This document shows, piece by piece, positions 38,187 through 39,498 of a stretch of 39,498 nucleotides of DNA. The position numbers and the translations under genes are program-made. This DNA is from Nitrospirota bacterium (GTDB lineage Bacteria; Nitrospirota; Thermodesulfovibrionia; Thermodesulfovibrionales; Dissulfurispiraceae): assembly GCA_040754455.1 (NCBI GenBank), contig JBFMCP010000030.1, positions 1 to 39,498 on the forward strand. Direction: 5' to 3'. Below the pieces are notes generated by a model. It worked only from the letters and a program-made list of their open reading frames with translations. It was not told the origin of the DNA and did not search any database. How positions within the stretch are numbered: position 1 is the first letter of the stretch; every line of letters begins with the position of its first letter.

Positions 38187-38210
38187 CAATACGCTCAACG
38201 AGCATTGCAG

Positions 38211-38248
38211 GAAGGCCTCCGGACCGGATGTCCGGAGGCCTTTCTTTT
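38211..38248 (+). terminator. Rho-independent terminator after fhs
   Basis: AAGGCCTCCGGAC-CGGAT-GTCCGGAGGCCTT followed by TCTTTT. Confidence 0.85.
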
Positions 38249-38441
38249 CCTTGCAGCCGTAGCGTAACCAGACATCTCGACAGACACGCCGGAGGTATGG
38301 TATATAGAATTATAGTTTGAACATACGGTCGTACAATCGCTTTACCGTAAAGAGGGGGGACTTTATGCGGGAAGTGCCTTCCGAATAAAGAAACCCTTTG
38401 CCGCCGAAGAGATACTCGCTTCAATCAATGCGCTGACGGCG

Positions 38442-38855
38442 ATGGCGACTGATGCTTCCAAGCGGCAGCATGTTTCGCTCTCCTGTGCGCCTGCAGAGCA
38501 AAAACACCGCAGTGATATCCCGCAGCATATCCTGGAGCGTCTTCTCACATTGAGAGAGTATATAGAAGAGCGCTTCCCTGAAAAGCTGGATCTCCAGGAG
38601 GCCTGCCGTCTCGCCTCGGTGAACAGGACGTACCTGAGTTCTTTTTTCAAACTGCTCACCGGGTACACGCTGACGGATTATCAGAACCGCATCAGGATAC
38701 AGAAAGCCGAAGAACTCATCCGAGAAACTGACCTTCCCGTCCACGAAGTGGCGCTGCGCGTCGGCTTCACCGATCCGAACTACTTCTGCAAAAGGTTCAA
38801 ATCACTCACCGGCCACCCGCCCCTGCGCTTCAGGAAGCTGCACAATTTTTTGTAA
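38442..38855 (+). CDS. AraC-family transcriptional regulator (HTH_18 domain only)
   Basis: YLSSFFK..TG, RIQKAEELI and VALRVGFTDPNYFCKRFKSLTGHPP. Confidence 0.88.
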   Translation: MATDASKRQHVSLSCAPAEQKHRSDIPQHILERLLTLREYIEERFPEKLDLQEACRLASVNRTYLSSFFKLLTGYTLTDYQNRIRIQKAEELIRETDLPVHEVALRVGFTDPNYFCKRFKSLTGHPPLRFRKLHNFL

Positions 38856-38984
38856 AAAATCCAGAAATTTTTGTAAAAAGTTAAGGAAAGTACCTTTTCT
38901 TTTTGGTAAGCTCCTCTTTAGGTGTAAAAGTTTCCGGCATTAGCAAAGCTGCCATGTGTTCACCACCGTAGAGGAGGGCTTTAC

Positions 38985-39099
38985 ATGAACGTGCGGCTCG
39001 TCGCGTGTCTCTGGCTTGTCCTTGCCTTTATCGCAGTTCCATTCTATAGCAGCCATGCTCAGGAGGTCATTGTCCCTTCGGGCGCTAAGGTAACCGACC
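38985..39099 (+). pseudogene. 5' fragment of a secreted-protein gene interrupted by the IS
   Basis: GAGGAGG RBS; MNVRLVACLWLVLAFIAVPFYSSHA|QEVIVPSGAKVTD is a signal peptide. The frame runs into the IS end and stops at 39137. Confidence 0.7.
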
Positions 39100-39149
39100 C
39101 GACTCCCCCCGGGTTTACCGGAGGCTCTCTAATTTGAGAGGATAGAGCT

Positions 39150-39470
39150 ATGAACAAGACAACGAAGTACTCTCCGGAGGTCCGGGAGCGGGCAGTGCGG
39201 TTGGTATTTGAACAGCAGAAGGACCACGGCTCACAATGGGCAGCTATTGGTTCTATCGCCGGCAAGATCGGTTGTACAGCGGAGACCTTGCGGAAGTGGG
39301 TACGGCGTGCAGAGATCGATCAAGGGATGCGGGGCGGGCTGACAAGCACGGAGCGAGAGCGACTCAAGGCATTGGAGCGAGAGAATCGTGAACTGACGCG
39401 TTCCAATGAGATATTGCGCAAGGCGGCGGCTTTTTTTGCCCAGGCGGAGCTCGACCGTGGACGGAGATGA
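39150..39470 (+). CDS. IS3-family transposase OrfA
   Basis: [42 protein letters not shown] and FFAQAELDR. Confidence 0.93.
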   Translation: MNKTTKYSPEVRERAVRLVFEQQKDHGSQWAAIGSIAGKIGCTAETLRKWVRRAEIDQGMRGGLTSTERERLKALERENRELTRSNEILRKAAAFFAQAELDRGRR

Positions 39471-39498
39471 TGGCATCGTCCATCGATAAACACCGGGC
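39467..39498 (+). CDS. IS3-family transposase OrfB, start only (partial)
   Basis: ATG overlaps the orfA stop (ATGA) and reads [11 protein letters not shown]7 run at 39431-39437 upstream. Confidence 0.7.
   Translation, partial: MMASSIDKHR

Larger units (their letters stand above)
39100..39498 (+). mobile_element. IS3-family (IS51/IS3411-like group) insertion sequence, left part
   Basis: IRL-like CGACTCCCCCCGGGTTTACCGGAGGC, then orfA and the start of orfB in the -1 frame; truncated by the window end. Confidence 0.9.

Overview
Chromosomal window of roughly 50% GC from an anaerobic Gram-negative bacterium. Gene content and style suggest Nitrospirota (Thermodesulfovibrionia-like) or a deltaproteobacterium; this is an inference. 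Left to right it holds: a sigma54-controlled alcohol/aldehyde oxidation module (AcoR-like activator, Fe-ADH, aldehyde:ferredoxin oxidoreductase, MoaD, MoeA-PBP); an M48 peptidase, MFS transporter, ASKHA/RACo protein, LysM-NlpC/P60 hydrolase and scpB; a DsbC-like gene with an in-frame UGA at the catalytic Cys (U-P-Y-C) followed by a SECIS-like hairpin and coupled to a sensor-less histidine kinase and an NtrC-type regulator; miaB and mtaB; a canonical XerCD dif site at 19418-19445; proS, ppx, treZ, 2-oxoacid oxidoreductase beta/gamma and a GNAT; glnD followed by tamB, an Omp85 gene and a surA-like gene, with heptamer-repeat elements inside the Omp85 and SurA-like signal peptides; fhs; an HTH-only AraC regulator; and the left end of an IS3-family element that interrupts a secreted-protein gene. 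The most notable observations are the putative heme-motif seleno-DsbC/two-component operon, the dif site, the repeat-built signal peptides and several apparently leaderless genes.
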